Made by a program: the position numbers and the translations under genes
In this document: positions 16,629 to 24,564 of the stretch, in pieces
Position numbering within the stretch: position 1 is the first letter of the stretch
Layout of the letters: each line of letters starts with the position of its first letter
The notes under the pieces: generated by a model
Seen by the model: the letters and a program-made list of their open reading frames with translations, nothing else
The model's database searches: none
Told to the model about the DNA's origin: nothing
DNA from: Hyphomicrobium sp.
GTDB lineage: Bacteria > Pseudomonadota > Alphaproteobacteria > Rhizobiales > Hyphomicrobiaceae
Reading direction: 5' to 3'
NCBI GenBank assembly: GCA_031415475.1
Contig: JANORU010000218.1
Span: 1-26,662 of the forward strand
DNA: 26,662 nucleotides

Positions 16629-16904
16629 ATGGCCGCCGAGAGCCGGATGCGCGAAAAATTGATGGTCGCGCTCGAACCCATTCGACTCGACGTCGTCAAC
16701 GAGAGCGAGATGCATGCCGGACACAGATCATCGCCCGGTACGGGCGAGAGCCATTTCCGCGTTCTGATTGTTTCGGAAAAATTTCGCGGCGTTGCCCGAG
16801 TTGCCCGCCACCGGATGGTCAACGATATTCTTGCCGACGAGCTGTCTGGCCGCATCCATGCACTGTCGCTATCGACCTATGCGCCGGGTGAGCCGATCGC
16901 TTGA
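16629..16904 (+). CDS. bolA: BolA family protein
   Basis: LDVVNESEMHAGH, ESHFRVLIVSEKFRG, RHRMVNDIL and IHALSL are BolA signatures. Confidence 0.93.
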   Translation: MAAESRMREKLMVALEPIRLDVVNESEMHAGHRSSPGTGESHFRVLIVSEKFRGVARVARHRMVNDILADELSGRIHALSLSTYAPGEPIA

Positions 16905-16924
16905 GCCACGTGCCAGCAATTGAT

Positions 16925-16981
16925 GGGGCGATTGATGCCCCGATTGGTGATGGAGGCGGGCCGGCTGCGACACCGGCCCGC
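16925..16981. terminator. Two GC-rich hairpins between convergent bolA and the small secreted-protein gene; possible transcript-end structures
   Basis: GGGGC-gattgat-GCCCC (16925-16941) and GCGGGCCGG-N8-CCGGCCCGC (16956-16981). There is no strong U-tract. Confidence 0.4.
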
Positions 16982-16992
16982 TCGACTTCAAA

Positions 16993-17289
16993 TCAGTACC
17001 ATCGCCGCCGGCAGACGCGCTGCCAGTCGCAGTGCTTGCGGCCCCAGTCATCGCGCCAGCACACCCGGTCCCAGTAGCAGTGACGCGGACGGAAGTGATG
17101 CCGGTGGTGGAAGTTCCGATGCCGCCAATGGCGCCGATGCCGGACTTCCTCAACCAAACCATCGGCACGCGACGATGTCTCGAGCGCATGACCGATTGCT
17201 GAACTCTGCGGAGCTGCAGTTGCGGGTCCGAGCCCTGCAAAAACCAGCATGCCAAGTCCAGCCACACCAGCGAAAAGAGTTCTATTCAT
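16993..17289 (-). CDS. Small secreted protein (98 aa) with signal peptide and Arg/His/Trp/Cys-rich C-terminus
   Basis: ATG 17289 has GGGAGA RBS upstream. MNRTLFAGVAGLGMLVFAGLGPATA is a Sec-type signal (ATA cleavage motif). The C-terminus is HRRHWRHRNFHHRHHFRPRHCYWDRVCWRDDWGRKHCDWQRVCRRRWY. The ORF-track extension to 17586 overlaps the XRE gene and looks non-coding. Confidence 0.8.
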   Translation of the reverse strand: MNRTLFAGVAGLGMLVFAGLGPATAAPQSSAIGHALETSSRADGLVEEVRHRRHWRHRNFHHRHHFRPRHCYWDRVCWRDDWGRKHCDWQRVCRRRWY

Positions 17290-17435
17290 TCCATAGTTCT
17301 CCCAATTGCAAATGCCTGTCGGGCGAAGTGCGCGCGAACGCACAAACGTTGACCCAACAGAACTCCCGGCATGGACATCAGCATCCTCCATGCTGCATGA
17401 ACGCGGGATGAACTGATGACGCGTTGAAGTCTGGC

Positions 17436-17463
17436 TTGCGGGAATATTTTCCCGGATCATAAT
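17436..17463 (+). promoter_or_regulatory. Candidate promoter of the XRE gene with overlapping palindromic operator
   Basis: TTGCGG (17436-17441), 16 nt, then CATAAT (17458-17463). Palindrome CGGGAA-TATT-TTCCCG lies at 17439-17454. Confidence 0.5.
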
Positions 17464-17506
17464 GCCACCAACCTGCACATGAGATTCGACGGGGGCACTG
17501 GGATTC

Positions 17507-18262
17507 ATGTCGCAATCTTGTCTATCGGACGAAGACGCCCACACGGTCGCCGGGCGCGTTCGCGAAGAACTGGCGCGGCGGCGCATCTCGCGTCAGAAAC
17601 TTGCCGACACGGCCAAGATCAGCATCTCAACGCTCGAAAAAGTTTTGTCTGGCCGCCGCCCGTTCACTCTTGCAACGCTGCTCAGAATAGAAGATGCGCT
17701 TGGCGTTTCGCTGCAACCGAAATCGCTTGCGAAAAAATCCGATCGCGCCAGTGCCAGCGTCGCGGCGGATGAACTTGGCAATTACGCGCGGGCCTCCGTT
17801 GCCTGGCTCGAAGGCAGTTATCACACGCTGATCCCGTCGTTCGGCGAGCGCGCGGCAATTTCGTCCTACCGCACGGATATCGTCTGGGATGACAGCCAGA
17901 ACTGCCTGACGTTCCGGGAATCACAGCGGGTCGATTCCGCATTCACCCAATTCGGCAGTGTTTCCATGCCGAACCAGACGGGCCACGTCTATCTCGTCAC
18001 CAACCGGCATGGACAGCAGCGGCTTGCCATTCTCGCCCGGCCAAACAGTAGCGGCGTCATGCATGGCATCCTGGCCACCCTACAGTCGGGCCGTGGCGCG
18101 CACCTGACGCCGGTCGCCGCGCCGATCGTGCTGAGCCCGCTGGCCAGCGTGCCGTCGCCAGCCTATGGCCGCATCCTTCACGGTCGGGCCGAATATGGCC
18201 GATACCGCGCGCTGTTGAAGAAAACACTCGACGAAGGCTTCGCCACCTTTGTCAATTTGTGA
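17507..18262 (+). CDS. XRE/Cro-type helix-turn-helix transcriptional regulator with uncharacterised beta-rich C-terminal domain
   Basis: VREELARRRISRQKLADTAKISISTLEKVLSGRRPFTLATLLRIEDALGV is an HTH_3-type pattern; it is followed by a ~170-aa C-terminal region I cannot assign. Confidence 0.85.
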   Translation: MSQSCLSDEDAHTVAGRVREELARRRISRQKLADTAKISISTLEKVLSGRRPFTLATLLRIEDALGVSLQPKSLAKKSDRASASVAADELGNYARASVAWLEGSYHTLIPSFGERAAISSYRTDIVWDDSQNCLTFRESQRVDSAFTQFGSVSMPNQTGHVYLVTNRHGQQRLAILARPNSSGVMHGILATLQSGRGAHLTPVAAPIVLSPLASVPSPAYGRILHGRAEYGRYRALLKKTLDEGFATFVNL

Positions 18263-19544
18263 GCGCCTTCTCATCCCCCGGCGGCAGTTTCATGATCCGG
18301 AGCGCTGAAATCTTGTTGCGGCTCTTGCGTAGAATCTCAAATCGATAGCCGTGGAACGTGAACACCTGACCCGGCTCGGGAATGGTTTGCGCCTCGTGGA
18401 TAACGAGGCCGGCAAGTGTCGTCGCCTCTTCTTCCGGCAAGTCCCATTCCATATGCCGGTTCAAGTCGCGGATCGCGACCGCGCCATCAACGTTCACAGT
18501 GCCGTCGGCCTGCGGGCGAATATGGGCTTCATGCGTGTCATGCTCATCGGCGATCTGACCGACGATCTCCTCGAGAATATCCTCGAGTGTGATCAGGCCC
18601 TGCACTTCGCCATACTCGTCGACCACCAGCCCCATCTGCGCCTTACGCTTCAGGAACTGGTTGAGCTGATCCTTCAAGGTCGTGGTATCGGGCACGAACC
18701 ACGGCGTCTGGGCAAAGCTCATGATGTCGAGTTTTGAAACGTCCCAGCCCGCCCGGCCAAGGGCCGACAGCAAATCCTTGGTATGAAGCACAGCGACGAT
18801 GTTTTCCGGCTCGTCCTTCCACAGCGGCATGCGGGTATATTGGGACTTCAAAATCTCATCAACGATCAGCTGCGGATTCTCTTCAGCGTTCAAGGTTTCC
18901 ATCTTGGTGCGATGGATCATGATGTCGGCAATCTGCAATTCGCGCAGATCGAGCACGCCGCCGAGCATGTTGGCATCGCCGCGCTGGACCGAGCCTTCTT
19001 TCGCTTGCAGATCGATGGTGCCGCGAATTTCCTCATGCGCCGCCAGAATATTGGCTTCGTCGTCTATGGTCGTGGGTGTGAGTTTCAGGAGCTGGCGGAC
19101 GACGAATTCGATAGCCATGGTCACTGGCGTCAAGACCACGATTACAATTCGCATAATGGGAGCGAGCCAGAGTGCCACGCGATCGGAATAGGCAAGCGCG
19201 TAGGTCTTCGGCAAGACGGCGGCAAAGATCACGATCAACACCGTCATGATGATTGTGGCGTAAGCGACACCAACTTCACCGGCCAGTGTGACCGCGAGAC
19301 CGGAGGCGAGCGCGGCGGCCAATACATCGACCAGCGTATTGCCGAGCAGGACGGTACCAATCATTTTTTCGGGCGAGGCCAGCAGACGATTGACGAGCGC
19401 CGCCTTGGCGTTGCCTTCCTGTTCGAGCGCGTGCATGCGGGCGCGCGACGCCGCTGTCAGCGCCGTTTCCGCGCCATTGAAAAACGCCGACAGCGCGATC
19501 AACAGAAGTATCGCAAACAGTGTGAGACCGATTTCGAAGGTCAT
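18252..19544 (-). CDS. HlyC/CorC (CNNM-like) family transporter: DUF21 membrane domain, CBS pair, CorC_HlyC domain
   Basis: SAFFNGAETALT, LLGNTLV, VLPKTYAL, IMIHRTKM, YTRMPLW and LVVDEYGEVQGLITLEDILEEIVGQIADEHD. Start ATG 19544 (MTFEIGL). Confidence 0.92.
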   Translation of the reverse strand: MTFEIGLTLFAILLLIALSAFFNGAETALTAASRARMHALEQEGNAKAALVNRLLASPEKMIGTVLLGNTLVDVLAAALASGLAVTLAGEVGVAYATIIMTVLIVIFAAVLPKTYALAYSDRVALWLAPIMRIVIVVLTPVTMAIEFVVRQLLKLTPTTIDDEANILAAHEEIRGTIDLQAKEGSVQRGDANMLGGVLDLRELQIADIMIHRTKMETLNAEENPQLIVDEILKSQYTRMPLWKDEPENIVAVLHTKDLLSALGRAGWDVSKLDIMSFAQTPWFVPDTTTLKDQLNQFLKRKAQMGLVVDEYGEVQGLITLEDILEEIVGQIADEHDTHEAHIRPQADGTVNVDGAVAIRDLNRHMEWDLPEEEATTLAGLVIHEAQTIPEPGQVFTFHGYRFEILRKSRNKISALRIMKLPPGDEKALTN

Positions 19545-19667
19545 TGTGGGTTCCAAGGAGAGCGACGCAAAGCCGTTTGCCGGCAATTATAGGGCAAATC
19601 GCCGTCGACGGGTAAATCGGCGGCGTTCCGGCCGTTTCTGACAACGGTTGCGCGCGCAACAGTCGAT

Positions 19668-20813
19668 CTAGCCGATCTCGCGCTCAAGGAATTCCAGCAC
19701 CTTCGCCGGATCAACATCGCGGGCGACATAGGCCTCGCCGATGTCGCGAACGAGAATGAAGGTCAGCTTGCCGTCACGGACCTTTTTGTCCTGCCCCATC
19801 AGCCGGACGAGTTCGGCGGCATTGGCTTTGCCGCCTGGAATATCGCCGAACTTCGATGGCATGCCGCACGAAGTCATATGCGCAGTCACCCTGTCTGCCG
19901 TGCCTGTCGGGCAAAGCCCCAGGCTTTCGGAGAACCGAAACGCCAGGCACATGCCAATCGCAACGCCTTCGCCGTGCAGCAGGCGATCGGAATATCCGGT
20001 CCAGGCTTCCAGAGCGTGTCCGAACGTGTGGCCGAGATTGAGCAGCGCGCGGTCGCCGGTTTCCAACTCATCGCGCGCGACGATCGCCGCCTTGGCCTTG
20101 ACGCTCGTCTCGATCGCCTGCGTGACGGCCTCCTCGTCGAGTGCCAGAACCTTGGCGGCGTTGCCTTCAAGCCAGGAGAAGAATGTTTTATCGCCGAGCA
20201 GGCCATACTTGGCGACCTCAGCGTAGCCAGCGCGCATCTCTCTTGGCGGCAACGTTTTCAGGACATCGGTATCGGCAATCACCATCACCGGCTGATGGAA
20301 GACGCCGATCAGGTTTTTACCTTGCGGCGTGTTGATTCCGGTCTTGCCGCCGACCGAGCTGTCGACCTGGGCAAGCAGCGACGTCGGGATCTGCACGAAG
20401 CGCACGCCGCGCCGCAGAATGCCGGCCGCGAAGCCGGCCAGATCGCCGATCACGCCGCCGCCGAACGCGACCACCAGATCGCCGCGCTCGAGGCCCATTT
20501 CCAGCAGCCGCTCACTGAGAGGCGCAAGCTGCTTGTAGCTCTTGGTTGCTTCGCCAGCCGGCAGAACGATCGATCCGGCAAGCCGGCCCTCGGCCCTGAG
20601 CGAGGCTTCGAGTTCGGCCAAGTGATGGCGCGCCACATTCTCGTCGGTCACGATCCCGCACTTGGCGCGGCCAAGTCGCGTGGCGATCAGACGGCCCGCT
20701 TCGGCCAGCAGTCCCGGGCCGATCAGCACGTCATAGCTTCGCTCGCCGAGCACGACCGGCACGGTGCGTTTGGCGCGCGAGACCGCAGCCATGGAATGGA
20801 CAACCGTCGGCAT
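19668..20813 (-). CDS. aroB: 3-dehydroquinate synthase
   Basis: AFGGGVIGDLAGFAA, QIPTSLLAQVDSSVGGKTGIN, GKNLIGVFHQP, LLNLGHTFGHALE, LLHGEGVAIG and DKK. Start is ATG 20813 or 20792. Confidence 0.96.
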   Translation of the reverse strand: MPTVVHSMAAVSRAKRTVPVVLGERSYDVLIGPGLLAEAGRLIATRLGRAKCGIVTDENVARHHLAELEASLRAEGRLAGSIVLPAGEATKSYKQLAPLSERLLEMGLERGDLVVAFGGGVIGDLAGFAAGILRRGVRFVQIPTSLLAQVDSSVGGKTGINTPQGKNLIGVFHQPVMVIADTDVLKTLPPREMRAGYAEVAKYGLLGDKTFFSWLEGNAAKVLALDEEAVTQAIETSVKAKAAIVARDELETGDRALLNLGHTFGHALEAWTGYSDRLLHGEGVAIGMCLAFRFSESLGLCPTGTADRVTAHMTSCGMPSKFGDIPGGKANAAELVRLMGQDKKVRDGKLTFILVRDIGEAYVARDVDPAKVLEFLEREIG

Positions 20814-20816
20814 GGG

Positions 20817-21446
20817 TCAGTCTTTCCTTACGTCGCTAATCGCTTCCGTGGCCGCGGCGCTGCAGGCTTCGACTGCGACCGGTGGAGCGGTTACGAGTTT
20901 CTTCTTCAGGACATCGAGCACTTCGTTGACGATCACATCGTGCGGCACATCGCGGCTTTCAATCGTGATATCCGCTTCACTGTAAATGGGATAGCGCGCG
21001 TCCATCAGGTCGCGCATTACCGCTTCAGGATCGGCGGTCTTGAGCAACGGACGGGTGTCGCGCTTCAAAACCCGGCGCATCAGCACCGGCAGCTCGGCTC
21101 GGAGCCAGATCGACAATCCGAGTTCCTTCATCTTGGCCCGTGTCTCGGGATTGATGAATGCACCGCCGCCGGTCGCCAGCACCTGCGGGCCATCGCTCAG
21201 CAGCCGGGCAATCACGCGGCGTTCGCCATCGCGGAAATATGGTTCGCCATGGTCGGCAAAGATCTCATTGATCGATTTGGCCGCCACCCGCTCGATCTCT
21301 TCATCGGTATCGATGAACGGCAGGCCGAGGCGGGCCGCCAGCCGCTTGCCGACCGAAGACTTGCCGCACCCCATCAATCCGACAAGCACGATCGATCGGC
21401 CCCCAAGGGCCGCGCGCACGCTATCTGCCGGTCTTGCTTCGTCCAT
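20817..21446 (-). CDS. aroK: Shikimate kinase
   Basis: Walker A GLMGCGKS, FIDTDEEIE, GEPYFRDGE, ATGGGA, RPLL and ARYPIY; immediately upstream of aroB. Confidence 0.95.
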   Translation of the reverse strand: MDEARPADSVRAALGGRSIVLVGLMGCGKSSVGKRLAARLGLPFIDTDEEIERVAAKSINEIFADHGEPYFRDGERRVIARLLSDGPQVLATGGGAFINPETRAKMKELGLSIWLRAELPVLMRRVLKRDTRPLLKTADPEAVMRDLMDARYPIYSEADITIESRDVPHDVIVNEVLDVLKKKLVTAPPVAVEACSAAATEAISDVRKD

Positions 21447-21681
21447 GGGCGGAAAAGCTATGTTAGACTTCGAATCGGGGTGTGCGGCCCGGGTGTCGTT
21501 CGTACCTTGGACCAGGGTTGTGCCTGTGTATTGCGCAGCCGGCGCTAAAATTCAATTTGTCAATGGTTTGCGGCCGGTTTGGAGTGTGGAAGTCCGGGCC
21601 GGACGGTGGTTAGGGTAACCCGGCGCACGACATAATGGCGACACGTTAAATGGCGAGACAGCCGAAACCACAGCCGAGATC

Positions 21682-21828
21682 ATGATCAGTCTTCTTCGCT
21701 TTTTCGCATTGCTCGGATTGCTCGCCGCTGTCGCGACCGGCGGCCTCTATGTGCTTGCCACACAGTACGAGCCGGCCCAGCAGGAAGAAGTCAAAGCGGT
21801 CCCGGGTGTTAAAATCCAAAAAGAATGA
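21682..21828 (+). CDS. Small single-pass membrane protein (48 aa), not in the ORF track
   Basis: Translated by hand: MISLLRFFALLGLLAAVATGGLYVLATQYEPAQQEEVKAVPGVKIQKE*. It has one hydrophobic helix then an EP..E...P tail and resembles the small ORF I recall upstream of xerD in Rhizobiales. Confidence 0.7.
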   Translation: MISLLRFFALLGLLAAVATGGLYVLATQYEPAQQEEVKAVPGVKIQKE

Positions 21829-21857
21829 GATGGCGGCGCCGCCATACGTCTGAAACC

Positions 21858-23606
21858 ATGCGTCTGAAACTGATCGATCAATTGCTGGCCGCTGCACTCG
21901 TTCTGGCGATGCCAGCCACCGCGAGCGCCGGAGATGCCTATAGCCCTCCGCCCGGCACGGCGAACGCTTCACCCAATGCGTTTGGGCGTGCGACGCCCGG
22001 CGCGGGACGCCCAGTCGATCCGAACAACGGCGTGGTGCGGGAAGACCTGGCGCCCGTGATGGCAGACGACGGCTCGGGCGTGCCGCTCGAATTGTGGAAC
22101 GGACTTTCGATCAACGACATTGAAGCCCTGTTCGCCGGCCTCGAAATTCCACCGCGCTCGCCGGTGCTCCATTCTCTCTTCAAGCGTTTGATCACAGCCA
22201 GCGGCTCGCCGCCTGCAGGTAGCAAAGACGGCCGCCGATTTCTGGCGCTCCGGCTTGAGGCCTTGGATCGATCTGGGCTGACGGGCGAAGCCTCATCGCT
22301 GTTCGATCAATCGCCGCCGGGCAGCGACCCGGCGCTTGATGTGATGAAAGCCCGCGCCGCCATTGGCGCCAACGATCGCGAGCATGGCTGTGCCCTCGCT
22401 CAAAGTTTCGCCGCCTCACAAAGCACGCTCGAAGGCCGCCTTAAGGGTGAGGCCATTCTGATTTCCGCGTATTGCGCGGCTGCGGCCGGCAATGTCGAGG
22501 CGGCAGGCCTGCAAGCCCAATTGGCACGCGAACAGGGAATAGAGTCGTCGCCCGGTCTCGATGCGCTCGAATTGATGGCGGTTGGCGCAAAACCAAAGAT
22601 TGCCAAGGATGCGAAAATTGGACTGCTCGATTGGCAAATCCTGTCGCTGGCCGGAAGCGGCGATCTGGCGTCCTTCATTCCAGGCGCATCACCTGGTCTG
22701 CTCGCCACCATTGCCCGTTCGACCGCCGCCGATCCGCGCCTCAAACTGCTGGCTGGCGAACGCGCCGCCGCCCTCAACGCCATCTCTGTTGCCGATCTTG
22801 CCGGCATCTACCGCGCACAGCCTGCGGGCCGGCCGCTGGAAACATCGTCAACACCCGATGCTGCTGACCAACTTGCCGCCGCCGAGCGGCGCGCTGAGAC
22901 GTTCAAAGCTGCCGAAGCCGAGCGCACCCCGGCGAAAAAGGCGCGCTTCATCCGCTCGTATCTCGACGATGCGCGCCGCGCCGGGCTGTATTGGCCTGCC
23001 TTGCAAGCCATTGCGCCAGCTGCTGCCGCTGTTCAGCGCGTACCCGAACTCGGATGGTTCGCGGAAACCGGCATCGAAACGGCGCTCGCCGCTGGTGATT
23101 TCGACGCCGCCCGAGCTTGGGCATCGGCTGGCGGCGCAACCTCCGACGGGTCCCACGGCCATTGGCTCGCCTTGATCGATCTTGCCGATCCGAACCTCAG
23201 CGGCGAAGCACGCGCCCGAAACTTGCCGGCGCTCGAAAAGCTTGCGGCGCGCGGACGATTCGACCCGTCCCTGCTGCACCGGCTCGCGACCGTGCTCGAT
23301 GCACTCGACATCCAGGTACCGATCCCGCTGTGGGAGCAGGCGAGCCGAACGCCGCAACCGAACGACGGCCATTTGCCGGAAACCGGCGTGCTCGCCAAAC
23401 TCACCGACGCCGCCAAGAAAAAGGAGTTCGGCAATACCGTACTTCTTTCCATGAAAGCGCTTGGCCCGACCGGCGCGGAAGGCGCGCACATGATCGCGCT
23501 CGGCGACGGCATCCGCGCGTTGCGGCGCGCCGGGCTCGACGCCGAAGCAAGGCAACTTGGTCTGGAAGCCCTGTTTGCCGCTTGGCCTCGGGCGACCGGC
23601 ACATGA
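21858..23606 (+). CDS. Conserved hypothetical exported alpha-helical protein
   Basis: Signal peptide MRLKLIDQLLAAALVLAMPATASA, then GVPLELWNG, PRSPVLHSLFKRL and an Ala/Leu-rich helical body. It is co-oriented with and tightly spaced to xerD. Confidence 0.85.
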   Translation: MRLKLIDQLLAAALVLAMPATASAGDAYSPPPGTANASPNAFGRATPGAGRPVDPNNGVVREDLAPVMADDGSGVPLELWNGLSINDIEALFAGLEIPPRSPVLHSLFKRLITASGSPPAGSKDGRRFLALRLEALDRSGLTGEASSLFDQSPPGSDPALDVMKARAAIGANDREHGCALAQSFAASQSTLEGRLKGEAILISAYCAAAAGNVEAAGLQAQLAREQGIESSPGLDALELMAVGAKPKIAKDAKIGLLDWQILSLAGSGDLASFIPGASPGLLATIARSTAADPRLKLLAGERAAALNAISVADLAGIYRAQPAGRPLETSSTPDAADQLAAAERRAETFKAAEAERTPAKKARFIRSYLDDARRAGLYWPALQAIAPAAAAVQRVPELGWFAETGIETALAAGDFDAARAWASAGGATSDGSHGHWLALIDLADPNLSGEARARNLPALEKLAARGRFDPSLLHRLATVLDALDIQVPIPLWEQASRTPQPNDGHLPETGVLAKLTDAAKKKEFGNTVLLSMKALGPTGAEGAHMIALGDGIRALRRAGLDAEARQLGLEALFAAWPRATGT

Positions 23607-23619
23607 CGGCAACGCTGCC

Positions 23620-24564
23620 ATGAATGTGAACGACCGGAGTGACATCGGCGCATTTTTGGAAATGCTGTCATCCGAGCGCGGCGTTGCCGCCAATACGCTG
23701 GAAGCCTACACGCGCGACCTTGAAGGATATTCCGCCTTTCTCGAACACGACGGCACGGCGATCCGTAGCGCACGGCGCCAAGACATCACCGCATTCCTGC
23801 AGGCCGGCGCCGCTGAGGGCTTGTCACCAGCAACCCGGTCGCGCCGCCTGTCCGCCATCCGCCAGCTTTACAAATTCCTGACCGCCGAAGGCATTGTCGA
23901 GGACAGCCCAGCAGCCGGGGCAACCGCCCCGAAACTGACCCGCGCCTTGCCGAAAACGCTGTCGGTCGCCGAGGTCGATACCTTGATCGGGGCCGCCGCC
24001 CACGCCGTTGACGGCGTCACGGGCCGCGATCTTGTCCGCGCCCGCCGCTTTCATGCTCTCCTTGAAATGCTGTACGCCACCGGCATGCGCGTGTCGGAAT
24101 TGGTGTCGCTGCCGCGCAGCGTTCTGGCCGGTGATCCGCGCGTCTTGACGATCAAAGGCAAGGGTGGTCGCGAGCGAATGGTTCCGCTCAACGCGCCGGC
24201 GCGGCGCGCGCTCGATCGTTATCTTTCACTTGGCCAGGACCCGGATGATGGCGTCGCCCCGATGCTGACGTCGAAGTGGCTGTTCCCATCCAAAGGCACG
24301 TATGGCCATCTGACGCGGCAGAAGTTCGCGCAGGATTTGAAAGTCTGTGCGGAGCACGCAGGTCTCGATCCGGAACGAGTATCGCCGCACGTTTTGCGCC
24401 ACGCCTTTGCCAGTCACCTTTTGGATCGCGGCGCCGATCTGAGAAGCGTGCAGCAGTTGCTCGGCCACGCCGACATCTCAACCACCGAGATCTATACCCA
24501 CGTGCTGGAAGAACGGCTGAAGAAGATCGTTTTCGATCATCACCCGCTGGCGGAAAAGTCTTAG
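23620..24564 (+). CDS. xerD: Site-specific tyrosine recombinase XerD
   Basis: FLEMLSSERGVAANTLEAYTRDL, LYATGMRVSEL, KGKGGRER, SPHVLRHAFASHLL and LLGHADISTTEIYTHV; the catalytic R-K-H-R-H-Y set is intact. Confidence 0.93.
   Translation: MNVNDRSDIGAFLEMLSSERGVAANTLEAYTRDLEGYSAFLEHDGTAIRSARRQDITAFLQAGAAEGLSPATRSRRLSAIRQLYKFLTAEGIVEDSPAAGATAPKLTRALPKTLSVAEVDTLIGAAAHAVDGVTGRDLVRARRFHALLEMLYATGMRVSELVSLPRSVLAGDPRVLTIKGKGGRERMVPLNAPARRALDRYLSLGQDPDDGVAPMLTSKWLFPSKGTYGHLTRQKFAQDLKVCAEHAGLDPERVSPHVLRHAFASHLLDRGADLRSVQQLLGHADISTTEIYTHVLEERLKKIVFDHHPLAEKS

Noticed and set aside
16512-16724. N-terminal extension of the J-domain ORF in the ORF track
   Set aside because: It overlaps bolA on the opposite strand and looks non-coding; MKLESKFF is the more plausible start.
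17290-17586. N-terminal extension of the small secreted-protein ORF
   Set aside because: It overlaps the XRE gene and its promoter, while the RBS and signal peptide point to ATG 17289.
19878-21548. 556-aa plus-strand ORF, and similar long antisense ORFs such as 8366-9424, 18783-19592, 13590-14288 and 22848-23693
   Set aside because: These are shadow ORFs opposite well-supported genes in GC-rich DNA, with no recognisable motifs.
21549-21563. FNR/FixK-like site or TTGACA -35 upstream of aroK
   Set aside because: Only one half-site matches TTGAT-N4-ATCAA, and there is no -10 at the proper spacing.
21634-21656. AATGGCGA direct repeat upstream of the 48-aa ORF
   Set aside because: Only 8 bp at 15-bp spacing; both ATGs are out of frame with the small ORF, so it is plausibly chance.
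23620-24564. Tyrosine recombinase as a possible phage or island integrase
   Set aside because: The sequence is typical XerD in a housekeeping context, with no att-like repeats, tRNA or mobile cargo nearby.
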